DNA of 64,000 bases from an uncultured Alphaproteobacteria bacterium (GCA_963786225.1 CAWAYQ010000024.1:36467-100466), one strand, 5' to 3'. Positions 39,634 to 50,893 are shown, counted from the stretch's first letter. Program-made: numbers and translations. Notes: generated by a model not told the origin, from the letters alone.

Positions 39634-39636
39634 GAC

Positions 39637-40815
39637 TTGGACAAAATCATCCATATCGGTGAGCACAAGGCAGGCGACAGCCGGTTCGACGTCGCCATCG
39701 TCGGCGGCGGCATTATTGGTCTGGCGATCGGCTGGAAGCTCGCGAAACGCGGTTTTTCGGTCGGCATTTTCGAACGCGACCGGATCGGCTCCGGCGCGAC
39801 GCGCGCGGCAACCGGTATGCTGGCCGCGACCGCCGAGGTCGAGCCCGGCGAAGACGATCTTCTGCCGCTGACTTTGGCAAGCCAGGGGTTGTGGCCGGAC
39901 TTTGCCGGAGAACTTGAGGCCGAGACCGGGCTGTCCGTCGACTACAAATCAGAAGGCACGATGGTTGTCGCGCTCGGCCGCGACGAGGTGGACCGGTTGC
40001 GCTTCCGGCACGAACTCCAGACGCGGCTCGGGCTTAAGACGGTCTGGCTGTCGGGCAGCGTAGCGCGTGAGCGTGAGCCGGGACTTCGGCCCAATGTGTC
40101 GGGCGCGATACTGTGCGAGCAGGACCACCAGGTCGATGCGCGGCTCGTTGCGGCGGCTTTGGCGGCGTCGTTCCGCAAGGCCGGCGGCCAGTTGTTCGAG
40201 AACACGCGCGTCGTCTCCCTGGAGCGCAGCGGCCGCAAGGTGACCGGCCTTTCGACCGAGACCGAGACCTATGCGGCAGGAACCGTCGTGCTGGCGGCCG
40301 GCGCGTGGTCGCCGGAACTGGTCCAAGGTCTGCAGCTTCCCGTGCGGCCGTTGAAGGGCCAATCGCTCTCGCTCCGTATGGACCCGCGTAACCCCGTGCT
40401 GAAGCACATCGTCTGGACCGAGCAGATTCACATGGCGCCGAAGGGCGACGGGCGGCTGATCGTCGGCGCGACCGTCGAGGAGCGCGGCTTCGATACCTCC
40501 AATACGGCGGGCGGGGTGTTTGCGCTGCTGGAAGCCGCGCGCCGCGTTTTGCCATCGGTCGAGGAACTGGCGATCGACGAAATCTGGACCGGTTTCCGCC
40601 CGACATCGCTCGATGACGCGCCGATCCTCGGCGAGGTCGGAATCGACGGACTTGTGGTTGCCACCGGCCATCATCGCAACGGCATCCTCCTTGCCCCGGT
40701 GACGGCGCGCGCCATATCCGGTCTGATCGCGGACGGACGTATGGACGGTCCGGAGACGGCATTTACATTCCAGCGGTTCGGCAGGAATTCGGACCGGATG
40801 AGCCAAGGGCTATGA
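39637..40815 (+). CDS. thiO: glycine oxidase ThiO
   Basis: GGGIIG FAD motif, [27 protein letters not shown]; under the TPP riboswitch. Confidence 0.93.
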   Translation: MDKIIHIGEHKAGDSRFDVAIVGGGIIGLAIGWKLAKRGFSVGIFERDRIGSGATRAATGMLAATAEVEPGEDDLLPLTLASQGLWPDFAGELEAETGLSVDYKSEGTMVVALGRDEVDRLRFRHELQTRLGLKTVWLSGSVAREREPGLRPNVSGAILCEQDHQVDARLVAAALAASFRKAGGQLFENTRVVSLERSGRKVTGLSTETETYAAGTVVLAAGAWSPELVQGLQLPVRPLKGQSLSLRMDPRNPVLKHIVWTEQIHMAPKGDGRLIVGATVEERGFDTSNTAGGVFALLEAARRVLPSVEELAIDEIWTGFRPTSLDDAPILGEVGIDGLVVATGHHRNGILLAPVTARAISGLIADGRMDGPETAFTFQRFGRNSDRMSQGL

Positions 40816-41024
40816 GGATGGAGCTTCTGATCAACGGCGAAGCGCGCGAAAGCCAGGCGACGAACGTCGCCGAGCTTCTGACCGAGGAACTGGACGAGGG
40901 CCATACGCGCAAAGGCATCGCCGTCGCGCTGAACGGCCAGGTCGTGCCGCGCACCGACTGGGAAAGCGCGCGCATTTCCAAAGGCGACCGCGTGGAAATC
41001 GTCCGCGCGCTGCCGGGAGGTTGA
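40812..41024 (+). CDS. thiS: sulfur carrier ThiS
   Basis: [18 protein letters not shown]-terminal GG. Confidence 0.93.
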   Translation: MRMELLINGEARESQATNVAELLTEELDEGHTRKGIAVALNGQVVPRTDWESARISKGDRVEIVRALPGG

Positions 41025-41035
41025 GATTGACCGAT

Positions 41036-41812
41036 ATGACCATATTCGACGATCCGCTGATCGTGGCCGGAGAAAGCTTCCGCTCGCGCCTCTGGCTCGG
41101 CACGGCCGGCTATCCGAACCAGAAAGTGCTGCTCGATTCTGTGAAGGCCAGCCGCGCCGAAATGGTGACGATGTCGATCCGCCGCGTTTCGCTGGCGGGG
41201 CAGGGCTATGACACCGTGAAGCTTCTGAAGGATTACAAATTCCTGCCGAACACGGCCGGCTGCGAAACCGCGCGCGACGCGGTCCTGACCGCCGAGCTGG
41301 CGCGCGAGGCGCTGGAGACGAACTGGATCAAGCTTGAAGTCATCGGCGACCGCGAGACCTTGTATCCGGACGTGCAGGAACTGCTGAAGGCGACGGAAGA
41401 GCTGATTTCGCGCGGCTTCGTTGTCCTGCCCTATTGTAATGACGATCCGGTGGTCTGCCAGCGGCTTGCCGATATAGGCGCCGCCGCCGTCATGCCGATG
41501 GGTTCGCTGATCGGCTCGGGCATGGGCGTAGCCAACCCCGCGAACATCGAACTGATCTGCAGGCGTTCGCCGGTTCCGGTTGTCGTTGACGCCGGCATCG
41601 GCACCGCGTCGGACGCCGTGATCGCGATGGAGCTTGGCGCATCCGCCGTTCTGCTCAACACGGCGGTTTCCAAGGCGGCCGATCCGGTGCGTATGGCGGC
41701 GGCCATGGGCCATGCGGTCGATGCCGGCCGTCTCGCATTTGTCGCGGGACGCATTCCGCGCCGGGGCCGAGCGGAGCCATCGAGCCCGCAACTCGGTCTC
41801 GTCGGCTCGTGA
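41036..41812 (+). CDS. thiG: thiazole synthase
   Basis: [29 protein letters not shown]. Confidence 0.96.
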   Translation: MTIFDDPLIVAGESFRSRLWLGTAGYPNQKVLLDSVKASRAEMVTMSIRRVSLAGQGYDTVKLLKDYKFLPNTAGCETARDAVLTAELAREALETNWIKLEVIGDRETLYPDVQELLKATEELISRGFVVLPYCNDDPVVCQRLADIGAAAVMPMGSLIGSGMGVANPANIELICRRSPVPVVVDAGIGTASDAVIAMELGASAVLLNTAVSKAADPVRMAAAMGHAVDAGRLAFVAGRIPRRGRAEPSSPQLGLVGS

Positions 41813-42441
41813 TTCCGCTGCCGCGCGTTCTCGTCATTACCGATCGGACCCAGGTCCGGACCGCGGTCGAGGACGTCGTGCGCGATGTATGCGGAAAAGC
41901 CGGCTGCGGCTGGATATTGTTTCGCGAACGCGATCTTCAACCGCACGATCGCCGTTCGATGGGCGTGCGGCTGCGCAAGATCACCGAAGAATGCGGATCG
42001 AAGCTGTCCGTCAGCGCCGATGCGGCGCTTGCCGCCGAGCTCGGTGCCGAAGGCGTGCATCTGCAGAAGGCTGCCGACATCGCGCATGCGCGCGAAAAGC
42101 TGCCGGGCGGCTGGATCGGCGTGTCCGCCCATTCCGTTCTCGATGTTCTCTTGGCTACGGAGGCGGGCGCGGACTACGTAACGCTCAGTCCGATCTTTCC
42201 AAGCGAGAGCAAGCCTGGCTATGGCCCGCCGCTCGGCCTTGAAAGCATCCGTGACGCCGCGAAATTCGGCATTCCGATCCTGGCGCTCGGCGGCGTCACG
42301 CCGCGTTCGGGGCATGCCTGCATCGAAGCCGGCGCGCACGGTTTTGCGGTCATGGGAACGGTGATGCGGGCAGGGGATCCACACGCCGTGATCCGCGATT
42401 ATGCGGCGGCGTTCGCTACGAGTTCACGCCGAGTCGAATGA
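41809..42441 (+). CDS. thiamine phosphate synthase / TenI family protein
   Basis: [37 protein letters not shown]. Confidence 0.85.
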   Translation: MIPLPRVLVITDRTQVRTAVEDVVRDVCGKAGCGWILFRERDLQPHDRRSMGVRLRKITEECGSKLSVSADAALAAELGAEGVHLQKAADIAHAREKLPGGWIGVSAHSVLDVLLATEAGADYVTLSPIFPSESKPGYGPPLGLESIRDAAKFGIPILALGGVTPRSGHACIEAGAHGFAVMGTVMRAGDPHAVIRDYAAAFATSSRRVE

Positions 42442-43642
42442 TGCGGCAGGGATCGCCGGCCGCTTTCGCGGGGTCTTCGGCGGGGCGAACGATCAGGCAT
42501 TCGGTGTCCGCCAAAATTCGCATCATCGACGAATCCTGACGCGGAAACGGAGCCGCTACCGGCGGTTCGCCGTCGCGGAACGTAAGCGTGGCGCGCAGAT
42601 AATCGGCGCGCCAATCGTTTGCGGGGAGCGGCGAGGCGAGAACGGCGTGTTCCAGCCTGTTGTCGACCTCGCTGCTGCCCTGAAGAGCGCGCAGCAGCGG
42701 AACGAGAAAAAGTCGCGCGCCGACATAGGCCGAGACGGGATTGCCCGGCAGGCCGAGCATGCGTGTGGTATCGAGGCGCCCAAACATGATCGGTCGTCCA
42801 GGCCGCATGGCAATGCGCCAGAAATCGAGCTCCATGCCTTCGTTGCGAAGCGCCTGCTGAACGAGATCGTGTTCCCCGACGGAAGCACCGCCGGTTGTCA
42901 CCACGACGTCAGCCCCCTGGTCGCGCGCGGTTCTGGTCGCGCGCTGGATGTCGTCGAGAGTGTCGGGAGCCACACCGAGATTGAGCGGCTCCCCGCCGGC
43001 GACCGATATCATCGCCGCGATCATGTAATTGTTGGACGCCGTGATCTGTTCGGGTTCGGGTTCGCTGCCAGGCGCCGCGAGTTCATCGCCGGTTGAGAGG
43101 ATCGCAACACGGGGCTTGCGCGCCACTTTCAGTCTCGTATGGCCCGTCGCGACAGCGAGCGCGAGGACGCGGGGCGATATCTGCGTACCCGCCGTCAGCA
43201 GCACATCGCCGTCATGGAAGTCGATACCCGCCGCCCGGATATGCTCGCCGGGCTTCACATCGGCTTTGACGTGAACCGCGTCGCCCGCACGTTCCGCATT
43301 TTCCTGGATCAGGATCGAATCCGCACCGTCAGGAACTCCACCGCCGGTGAAGATGCGGACAGTCTGGCCGGGGCCCACCGTGCCGGAAAACAGACGGCCT
43401 GCCGCCGCTTCGCCGATCAGGGTCAATTGCGCGCCGGTCGTCGCGTCCCCGGCGCGGACGGCATAGCCATCCATTGCGGACGATGCGAAGGGCGGCTGCG
43501 TGCGTTTGGCCGAAACGGATTCGGCGAGTGTGCGGCCGAGCGCATCGGACACCGGAATTGTATCGCTGCCCAGGAGAGCGGCTCCGTGCAGCACGCGGGC
43601 CAGCGCATCCGAGACCGAAAGCAGAGGATCTTTCGGTTTCAT
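42416..43642 (-). CDS. moeA: molybdopterin molybdotransferase
   Basis: PPFASSAMDGYAV, STGDEL, TTGGASVG, LGLPGNPVS. Confidence 0.95.
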   Translation of the reverse strand: MKPKDPLLSVSDALARVLHGAALLGSDTIPVSDALGRTLAESVSAKRTQPPFASSAMDGYAVRAGDATTGAQLTLIGEAAAGRLFSGTVGPGQTVRIFTGGGVPDGADSILIQENAERAGDAVHVKADVKPGEHIRAAGIDFHDGDVLLTAGTQISPRVLALAVATGHTRLKVARKPRVAILSTGDELAAPGSEPEPEQITASNNYMIAAMISVAGGEPLNLGVAPDTLDDIQRATRTARDQGADVVVTTGGASVGEHDLVQQALRNEGMELDFWRIAMRPGRPIMFGRLDTTRMLGLPGNPVSAYVGARLFLVPLLRALQGSSEVDNRLEHAVLASPLPANDWRADYLRATLTFRDGEPPVAAPFPRQDSSMMRILADTECLIVRPAEDPAKAAGDPCRIIRLGVNS

Positions 43643-43648
43643 GGTCAG

Positions 43649-44131
43649 TCAGTCCACGCGCCAGTCGCCGCTGCGGCCGCCGGATTTCGAAAGAAGGCGG
43701 ATATTTTCGATGCGCATGCCGCGATCGACGGCCTTGGCCATGTCGTAGATCGTGAGGCACGTCACGGAAACGCCGGTCAGGGCTTCCATCTCGACGCCGG
43801 TCTGCCCCGTCACCTTTGCCGTACAGACGACATGGAGACCGGGAAGCGCCGGGTTCGGCGTGATGTCGACGGTGACTTTCGTCAGCATCAGCGGATGGCA
43901 GAGCGGAATGAGATCGGAGGTACGCTTGGCGGCCATGATCCCGGCTATGCGCGCCGTGCCGATGACGTCCCCCTTCTTGGCGTCGCCGCTGAGGATGAGG
44001 TCGAGCGTTGCCATGTCCATGACGACATGGCCCTCGGCGCGCGCCTCGCGCTCCGTTTCGGCTTTGCCCGAAACGTCGACCATGCGGGCTTCGCCGGTCT
44101 CGGAAATGTGAGAGAGCTTTGCCATTGTCAT
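43649..44131 (-). CDS. moaC: cyclic pyranopterin monophosphate synthase
   Basis: [32 protein letters not shown]. Confidence 0.96.
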   Translation of the reverse strand: MTMAKLSHISETGEARMVDVSGKAETEREARAEGHVVMDMATLDLILSGDAKKGDVIGTARIAGIMAAKRTSDLIPLCHPLMLTKVTVDITPNPALPGLHVVCTAKVTGQTGVEMEALTGVSVTCLTIYDMAKAVDRGMRIENIRLLSKSGGRSGDWRVD

Positions 44132-44937
44132 TCCGCCGCCGAGCGTACGGGTGTCAGCAGCGCGCGGGTCGCGGCCTCGACATCGTCCTGACGCATCAGG
44201 CTTTCGCCGACCAGTATCGCGCGAGCGCCGGCATGGGCGAGCCGCGCGACGTCGGCAGGCGTGAAGATGCCGCTCTCGCCGACGATGATGCGGTCGTGCG
44301 GAACGCGCGGCGCGAGGCGTTCGGTGACGTCGAGCGACACGTCGAAGGTGCGCAGATCGCGATTGTTGATGCCGATCATCCGCGCGTCCAGTTCGAGCGC
44401 GCGGTCGAGTTCGGCCTCGTTGTGGACTTCCGCGAGCACGTCGAGGTTCCAGTCCTTCGCCGCGCGGGCGAGATCGCGCGCCTCGGCATCGGTGACGCCC
44501 GCGAGGATGATGAGCACGCAGTCGGCGCCCCAGGCACGCGCTTCCGCCACCTGGTAGGGCTCATACATGAAGTCCTTGCGCAGCGCCGGAAGGTCGCAAG
44601 CCGCGCGGGCGACGGTGAGATATTCCGGCGCGCCCTGAAAGCTCGGCCTGTCGGTGAGGATGGAGAGGCAGGCAGCACCACCCCTGGCATAGGCGACGGC
44701 GAGGGCAGCGGGGTCGAAGTCGGGGCGGATCAAGCCTTTGGAAGGGCTGGCCTTTTTAACCTCGGCAATGAGTGCGGTCCGGCCCGCCGCGATCTTCCCG
44801 GCGAGAGCATCGGCGAAGCCACGCGCGGGCGGAGCGGCGCGGGCTGCCTTCTCCACCTCGATGAGGGGCCGGGCGGCTTTGGCCTCCGCAATCTCGCGGC
44901 GCTTGTAGGCTTCGATTTTCGACAGAATGTCGGACAT
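44128..44937 (-). CDS. trpC: indole-3-glycerol phosphate synthase
   Basis: [31 protein letters not shown]. Confidence 0.96.
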   Translation of the reverse strand: MSDILSKIEAYKRREIAEAKAARPLIEVEKAARAAPPARGFADALAGKIAAGRTALIAEVKKASPSKGLIRPDFDPAALAVAYARGGAACLSILTDRPSFQGAPEYLTVARAACDLPALRKDFMYEPYQVAEARAWGADCVLIILAGVTDAEARDLARAAKDWNLDVLAEVHNEAELDRALELDARMIGINNRDLRTFDVSLDVTERLAPRVPHDRIIVGESGIFTPADVARLAHAGARAILVGESLMRQDDVEAATRALLTPVRSAAE

Positions 44938-44950
44938 GGGAGGTTCTTAT

Positions 44951-45140
44951 CCTCTCCCATGGGGAGAGGTCGAGTCGCGCGGAGCGCGACCGGGTGAGGG
45001 GGTACGGATTATCCGGATAGCTCGCACTCCTCACCCCGGTCGCCACTCAACTCGGCTATAGCCGAGTTGAGCATCAAGAGCGCCGAACTCGGGTAGACCC
45101 GAGTTCGGTGGCGAGTCGGCCCTCTCCCTATGGGAGAGGG
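44951..45140. repeat. boxC-like inverted-pair element (copy B) with nested twin-hairpin module at 45046-45108
   Basis: CCTCTCCC-ATG-GGGAGAGG..GGGTGAGGGG, spacer, CCTCACCCC-[module]-CCCTCTCCC-TAT-GGGAGAGGG. Confidence 0.85.
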
Positions 45141-45147
45141 AGGCGCA

Positions 45148-46161
45148 TCAACTGTTTGACACTTTAACAAGCTTCTCCAAACACGCCTTCGCCGCGCCGG
45201 TGTCGATGCTTGCTCCGGCCAGAATGACGGCGTCCGCGAGGTTCTCCGCCTTGCCGGCCACGACCAGGCCCGCGGCGGCGTTCAGCACCGAGACGTCGCG
45301 ATAGGCGCTCTCTACGCCGTCGAGAACGCTCAGCAGCGCCGCGGCATTGTAGGCGCCGTCGCCGCCCTTCAGGTCCGCCGCCTCGCAGCACATCAGACCC
45401 AGCTCTTCGGGGTGGATGTCGAACATGCGGACTTTGCCGTTCTTGACCTCGGCCGCGAAGGTCTTGCCGGTGCCCGTGATCTCGTCGAGGCCGTCCGAGC
45501 CGTGCACGACCCAGGCATGCTCGGTGCCGAGCGCGGCCAACGCATGGGCGATCGGCTCGACCCAGGTCGGGGCGAACACGCCGACCATCATGCGCGTGAC
45601 GCCGGCCGGGTTCGAAAGCGGGCCGAGAATATTGAAGATGGTGCGGATGCCGAGTTCGACACGGACCGGACCGACATACTTCATCGCCGAATGGTGGTTC
45701 GGCGCGAACATGAAGCCGATGCCGGCCTCGCGGATGCAGTCCGCGATCTTTTCCGGCGGCATGTCGATCTTGACGCCGAGCGCCGTCAATACATCCGCCG
45801 CGCCGGATTTCGATGACAGAGCGCGGTTGCCGTGCTTTGCGACCGGAACACCCGCGCCGGCCACAATGAAGGCCGCGCAGGTCGAAATGTTGTAGGAGCC
45901 GGCGCTGTCGCCGCCGGTGCCGACGACGTCGATCGCACCCTCGGGCGCCTCGACCTTCGTCATCTTGGCACGCATCACCGAGACCGCGCCGGCGATCTCG
46001 TCCACCGTTTCGCCGCGCACGCGCAGCGCCATCAGAAAAGCGCCGATCTGGGCGGGCGTCGCTTCGCCCGACATGATGATGTCGAATGCTTCGGTCGCTT
46101 CCTCGCGGGAAAGCGGCAGACCCGTCGAAACGCGGGCGATGAAAGGACGGAAACGTTCCAC
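45148..46161 (-). CDS. trpD: anthranilate phosphoribosyltransferase
   Basis: [41 protein letters not shown]. Confidence 0.96.
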   Translation of the reverse strand: MERFRPFIARVSTGLPLSREEATEAFDIIMSGEATPAQIGAFLMALRVRGETVDEIAGAVSVMRAKMTKVEAPEGAIDVVGTGGDSAGSYNISTCAAFIVAGAGVPVAKHGNRALSSKSGAADVLTALGVKIDMPPEKIADCIREAGIGFMFAPNHHSAMKYVGPVRVELGIRTIFNILGPLSNPAGVTRMMVGVFAPTWVEPIAHALAALGTEHAWVVHGSDGLDEITGTGKTFAAEVKNGKVRMFDIHPEELGLMCCEAADLKGGDGAYNAAALLSVLDGVESAYRDVSVLNAAAGLVVAGKAENLADAVILAGASIDTGAAKACLEKLVKVSNS

Positions 46162-46162
46162 G

Positions 46163-46765
46163 TCAGGCCGCGCGCTTCTTGTTGTTCCACTCTTCGGCGA
46201 GCTTCAGGAAGTTCGCAAAAATGGTGGAGCCGTGTTCGGACGCGATGCTTTCCGGATGAAACTGCACGCCGTGGACGGGATAGGACGTGTGAGCGAGGCC
46301 CATGATGAGGCCGTCTTCGCTTTCCGCCGTCACTTCGAGATCCTTCGGCAGCGTCGCGCGGTCGACGACCAGGGAATGATAACGCGTCGCATGGATGGGT
46401 TCGTTGATGCCGCGGAACACGCTCCGGCCCGTGTGCTTGATCGTGTTGACCTTGCCGTGGACGGGGAAGGGGGCGCGGATGACATCGCCGCCATAGACGT
46501 CGCCCATGGCCTGAAGGCCGAGGCAGATGCCGAGGATCGGCACGTCCGATCCCGCGCGCTCTATCAGGTCGCAGGAAATGCCGGCTTCCTTGGGCGTGCA
46601 GGGACCGGGCGAGATGACGATGGCGTCGGGCTTCGAGGCCAGAACCTCGTCGACCGTCGTCTTGTCGTTGCGCACGACCGTCACCTGTGCGCCGAGCCGC
46701 CCGATCGCGTGCAGCACGTTGAAGGTGAAGCTGTCGTAATTGTCGATGAGTGTGACGCGGGTCAT
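46163..46765 (-). CDS. trpG: anthranilate synthase component II
   Basis: [34 protein letters not shown]. Confidence 0.95.
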   Translation of the reverse strand: MTRVTLIDNYDSFTFNVLHAIGRLGAQVTVVRNDKTTVDEVLASKPDAIVISPGPCTPKEAGISCDLIERAGSDVPILGICLGLQAMGDVYGGDVIRAPFPVHGKVNTIKHTGRSVFRGINEPIHATRYHSLVVDRATLPKDLEVTAESEDGLIMGLAHTSYPVHGVQFHPESIASEHGSTIFANFLKLAEEWNNKKRAA

Positions 46766-46806
46766 GGGCGGCTTTTAGCAGAGCAGGCGGCCATTTGGCG
46801 AGACCG

Positions 46807-47427
46807 TCAGGCACGGCCTCCGGCCTGCCGCGTGGCGTTCTCCGTCAGTCTCTGGGCGATGAGCTGGATGAGATACCAGCCGAACTCCGGGTTCTGGAAG
46901 TAGAGCTGCTTGATCTGATCGCCTTCGACGGACAGGAGGCGGCACGGCGTCACGCACTCGGCGGTCTGGGTGCGGATGCCGTCCTTGGTGAAGAAGGCGA
47001 TCTCGCCGAACAGCGTCCCTTCGCCGATCTCGACACCGATCTCCTGAAAGCGGATCGTGCCGGAGGCGAGGAAATAGAGCCGGTCGCCCTGATCCCCCTT
47101 CCTGAACAGCACCGTGCCTTCCGGAAGGTCCCGGGCGTCGGCGAAAGGCTGAAGCCATTCCGCGTGCATGCCGCTGGCGGGAGCGGCCTTCACGTCCGCG
47201 ATCAGCTTCTTCATCTGCGCGAGACGGTAGAGGTTCATCGGCAACTGGACGGTGTTCTGGATGGCATTGGGCCAGAAGCCCGAGGCCAGGGCTCCCACAA
47301 TCGCGACGATATTGCTCGCCGCCGCGGAGAACCTCAGCGGGATCATGGTGCGGGAGAAGGTGGAGGTCAGGCTGAGAACCATCGCGACCCAGCCGGCATA
47401 GGGAAGATAGGTAAGAAAGGTGTCCAT
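46807..47427 (-). CDS. membrane protein with cyclic nucleotide-binding domain (no HTH)
   Basis: Hydrophobic N-terminus (RTMIPLR..NLYRL), then LFRKGDQGDRLYF..FGEIAFF..RTQTA cNMP-binding motifs. Confidence 0.85.
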   Translation of the reverse strand: MDTFLTYLPYAGWVAMVLSLTSTFSRTMIPLRFSAAASNIVAIVGALASGFWPNAIQNTVQLPMNLYRLAQMKKLIADVKAAPASGMHAEWLQPFADARDLPEGTVLFRKGDQGDRLYFLASGTIRFQEIGVEIGEGTLFGEIAFFTKDGIRTQTAECVTPCRLLSVEGDQIKQLYFQNPEFGWYLIQLIAQRLTENATRQAGGRA

Positions 47428-47481
47428 CCGCGACCATTAGTAAAATAAGGCGCCGGTCGCGATCTGGTTCGAAGGGCCTTT

Positions 47482-48999
47482 CTACTGCCCGCGTTTCGCC
47501 TGGCTGGCGAAGCGGACGGCCTCCTCGGCGGCGCGGAACTGGGCGCGGGCCTTGTTGATGCACTCGGCATTTTCGCTTTCCGGCACCGAGTCGGCGACGA
47601 TGCCGGCACCGGCCTGAGCGTACATCTTGCCGTTTTTCACGACCGAGGTGCGGAGCGCGATGCAGGTGTCCATCGCGCCATTGGCGCCGAAATAACCAAC
47701 GCAGCCCGCATAGACGCCGCGCTTTTCCCTCTCCAGCTCGTCGATGATTTCCATCGCGCGAACCTTCGGCGCGCCGGAAACGGTGCCTGCCGGAAAGCCC
47801 GCAATGAGCGCATCGAGCGCGTCGTGCCCGGCGGCGAGCTTGCCCTCGACGTTCGAGACGATGTGCATGACGTGCGAATAATATTCGAGGAAGAACTGGT
47901 CGGTGACCTCGACGGTCCCGATCTCGGCGACGCGGCCGACATCGTTGCGTCCGAGATCAAGCAGCATCAAGTGCTCGGCGCGCTCCTTCGGATCGGCCAG
48001 AAGATCGTCGGCGAACTCGCGGTCCTCGGCCGGCGTCGCACCGCGCGGGCGCGTTCCGGCGATGGGACGGATCGTCACGACGCCATCGCGCGAACGGACG
48101 AGAATTTCCGGGCTCGAGCAGACGATCTGGAAGCCGCCGCAATCGAGATAGACGAGGAAGGGGGCGGGGTTTACGCGACGCAGCGCGCGATAGAGCGCGA
48201 AGGGCGGCAGTTCGAACGGCGCCTCGAAACGCTGGGACAGGACGACCTGGAAGATGTCTCCGGCCGCGATGTATTCCTTCGCGCGGGCGACCATTGAAAG
48301 ATATTCGGCCTTGCTGGTGTTCGATACGAGATCGGGCGCCGGGTGATCGAGCGCGCCGTCGGTCTCGATCTTGCGCAGTGGCTTGTCGAGCGCGTCGAGG
48401 GCGTCGTGGATGCGCTCCTGCGCCCGGGCGAGCGCGGCGTCCGAGCCGAGGCCCGCTGCGGGACGCGCGGGCGTAACCACAGTGATCTCGTCCTTCACCG
48501 CGTCGAAAATCACCATCACGGTCGGGCGCATCATCAGCGCGTCCGGCACGCCAAGCACGTCCGGGTTCGGCTCCGGCAGCTCTTCCATATGCCGGACCAT
48601 GTCGTAGGCGAGATAGCCGAACACGCCCGCGGCCATGGGCGGCAATGTGTCGGGCATCGGAATCGCGGATTCGACCAGCAATGCGCGCAGCGAATCGAGC
48701 GGCGGCAGGTTCGTCGGCTCGAATGCATCCGTCGCGGTATCGGGCGACCGATTGATCGAGGCACCTTTGCCCTCGCACTTCCAGATCAGATCGGGGTTGA
48801 GCCCGATCATGGAATAGCGTCCGCGCGTAACGCCGCCTTCGACCGATTCGAGAAGGAACGTATTGGTGCGGCCCTCCGCCAATTTCAGATAAGCGGAGAC
48901 CGGCGTTTCCAGATCGGCGACGAGCGTCGTCCAGACGACCTGCGGCCGCCCGGCGGCATAGGCCGCGGCGAAGGCCTCCGGTGTCGGTTCGAAGCGCAT
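47482..48999 (-). CDS. trpE: anthranilate synthase component I
   Basis: DLETPVS, LLESVEGG, GDIFQVVLSQRF, SPEILV, PIAGTR, GTVSGAPK. Confidence 0.96.
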   Translation of the reverse strand: MRFEPTPEAFAAAYAAGRPQVVWTTLVADLETPVSAYLKLAEGRTNTFLLESVEGGVTRGRYSMIGLNPDLIWKCEGKGASINRSPDTATDAFEPTNLPPLDSLRALLVESAIPMPDTLPPMAAGVFGYLAYDMVRHMEELPEPNPDVLGVPDALMMRPTVMVIFDAVKDEITVVTPARPAAGLGSDAALARAQERIHDALDALDKPLRKIETDGALDHPAPDLVSNTSKAEYLSMVARAKEYIAAGDIFQVVLSQRFEAPFELPPFALYRALRRVNPAPFLVYLDCGGFQIVCSSPEILVRSRDGVVTIRPIAGTRPRGATPAEDREFADDLLADPKERAEHLMLLDLGRNDVGRVAEIGTVEVTDQFFLEYYSHVMHIVSNVEGKLAAGHDALDALIAGFPAGTVSGAPKVRAMEIIDELEREKRGVYAGCVGYFGANGAMDTCIALRTSVVKNGKMYAQAGAGIVADSVPESENAECINKARAQFRAAEEAVRFASQAKRGQ

Positions 49000-49006
49000 G
49001 GCGTCC

Positions 49007-50893
49007 TTACTGTTCGGTCTGAACGCCGATGGCGGTTGCCAGCGCCTGGCTGTTGATCGACGTGCCGAGATCGTTCTGAAGCTGCGCCACATATTGTGCG
49101 GCGAGATCGTTTGCGACGGTATCGGCGATGCGGTCTTTGAGCTCCTTCGCGCCGGCGTCCGCCATATTGAGCGGCGGCGTTTCGATCGCCGTCACCTGGA
49201 AGAGCGCACGTCCGTCATCGGCGGTCGGGGCGGAGCCGAAGCCGCCGCGCGGCGTCGCGAAAATCTGCGCCGCAACACTCTGGCCGAGATCGCCGCCGCG
49301 GCGGTCGAGTTTTTCCGCCGCGAGCACTTCCACGCCTTCGCGTTTTGCAAGGTCGGGCAGTTTCAGCGAGCCGTCGTTCAGCGCCTTCAGGGTCTCGTCG
49401 GCCTTGGCGTCGAGGCGCTTGCGGGCCTCTTCGGCTTTCCACCGTGCCAGAACATCGTCCTTGGCCTCTTCGTAGGTACGCTGGCGTGCTGGATCGACCT
49501 TGGTGACGTCGTACCAGACATAACCTCCGCCCTCGATCTGGACCGCATTGTTCTCGACACCGACGTCCGATTGGAACACCTCATTCAACACGACGGCGCC
49601 GCCGGGAATATCGGCAAGCGTATTGCCGCTGCGGCCCTGGCGGTCGACGTTTTCGATCGTCCGCAGGTCGAGGTTCTGCTTTGTCGCGATTTCGGCGAGC
49701 GTCATCCCGCTGGCGCGGTCGTCCTCGATCTGGTCGTGCAGCGTCAAAAGCTTGTCCTGTGCACGCTCGACCGCCATTTCGGTGCGCAGGCTTTCCTTCA
49801 CGTCGTCGAAGTTCGGAACGACTTCCGGCTGGACGGCCGTCACGCGGAGGAGGACTGTCGAAAACTGGCCTTCGACCGGCTCGCTGACCTGGCCCTGCGG
49901 CAGCGCGAACGCGGCGTCGCCGATGACCTTGTCCACAATTTCGGCGCGGCTCACGGAGCCGAGCGACAAATCGGGCGCCGCAACATTGCGGGCGGTTGCG
50001 ATTTCCTCGAACGTCGTGCCGGCCTTGATCTTTCCTGAAGCTTCCTGCGCCTGGGACAGGGACGGGAACGTGATGCGCTCGACGGTGCGGCGTTCGGGTG
50101 TTCCGAGCCGCGCCTTGTCTTGCTCGAAGCGTGTCCGCACATCCTCGTCGCTGATCGTTTCCTTGGCGGCGAGCGCGGCAGGGGTTGCCGCGATCAAATT
50201 CACGGAACGCTGCTCGGGCGCCTGGAGGGTGCCCTTGCGCTCCTCGAAAAACGCTTTGAGCGTCGTTTCGTCGGGGGCGGCGATGTCCGAGCCGTCCGAC
50301 CCCGGCAGAAGGACATAGCTCGCGGAGCGGCGTTCGTTCTGATGACGGAACACGGCTTCGGTCAGGACATCCGGTGCGCCGACGCCGGTGATAAGCCCGT
50401 CGAGCACCTGACGGCGCAGCATGAGGCGGCGCTCCAGCGCGACATACATCGGTTCGTTAAGGCCGTTGGAACGCAGGATCTGGTCGAAGCGGTTGGGATC
50501 GAACGCGCCGTTCGGGCCGCGGAACGTCTCGTCCTTCATGATGGCATCGGCGACGGCCGTTTGCGGCACGCCGAGCTTCAGGCGCTTGGCCTGTTCTTCC
50601 AAAGTGGCCTCGGCCATGATGTCGCCGAGCACGCGGCGGTCCAGTCCGATGGCGCGGGCGTCGGCGGGCGTCAGCGCGCGGCCGAACTGGCTTCCTGCGC
50701 GCTGCATTTCGCGGTTGAATCGGTCGCGGAAGGTCTCGACCTGGATATCGGTGTCGCCGACTTTCGCGAGGGTCGTGGTGGCGCCCATGCGGAAAACGTC
50801 GGCGACGCCCCAGATCGCGAAGCTGATCACGATGAGGCCAAGGATGACCTTCATGATGATGCCGGCAGTTTTGTTACGCAGCGTGGTGAGCAT
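49007..50893 (-). CDS. PpiD-like membrane-anchored chaperone (SurA N-terminal + rotamase)
   Basis: N-terminal TM (ISFAIWGV), FDPNRF, PEQRSV / PERRTV repeats; located between trpE and tpiA. Confidence 0.88.
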   Translation of the reverse strand: MLTTLRNKTAGIIMKVILGLIVISFAIWGVADVFRMGATTTLAKVGDTDIQVETFRDRFNREMQRAGSQFGRALTPADARAIGLDRRVLGDIMAEATLEEQAKRLKLGVPQTAVADAIMKDETFRGPNGAFDPNRFDQILRSNGLNEPMYVALERRLMLRRQVLDGLITGVGAPDVLTEAVFRHQNERRSASYVLLPGSDGSDIAAPDETTLKAFFEERKGTLQAPEQRSVNLIAATPAALAAKETISDEDVRTRFEQDKARLGTPERRTVERITFPSLSQAQEASGKIKAGTTFEEIATARNVAAPDLSLGSVSRAEIVDKVIGDAAFALPQGQVSEPVEGQFSTVLLRVTAVQPEVVPNFDDVKESLRTEMAVERAQDKLLTLHDQIEDDRASGMTLAEIATKQNLDLRTIENVDRQGRSGNTLADIPGGAVVLNEVFQSDVGVENNAVQIEGGGYVWYDVTKVDPARQRTYEEAKDDVLARWKAEEARKRLDAKADETLKALNDGSLKLPDLAKREGVEVLAAEKLDRRGGDLGQSVAAQIFATPRGGFGSAPTADDGRALFQVTAIETPPLNMADAGAKELKDRIADTVANDLAAQYVAQLQNDLGTSINSQALATAIGVQTEQ

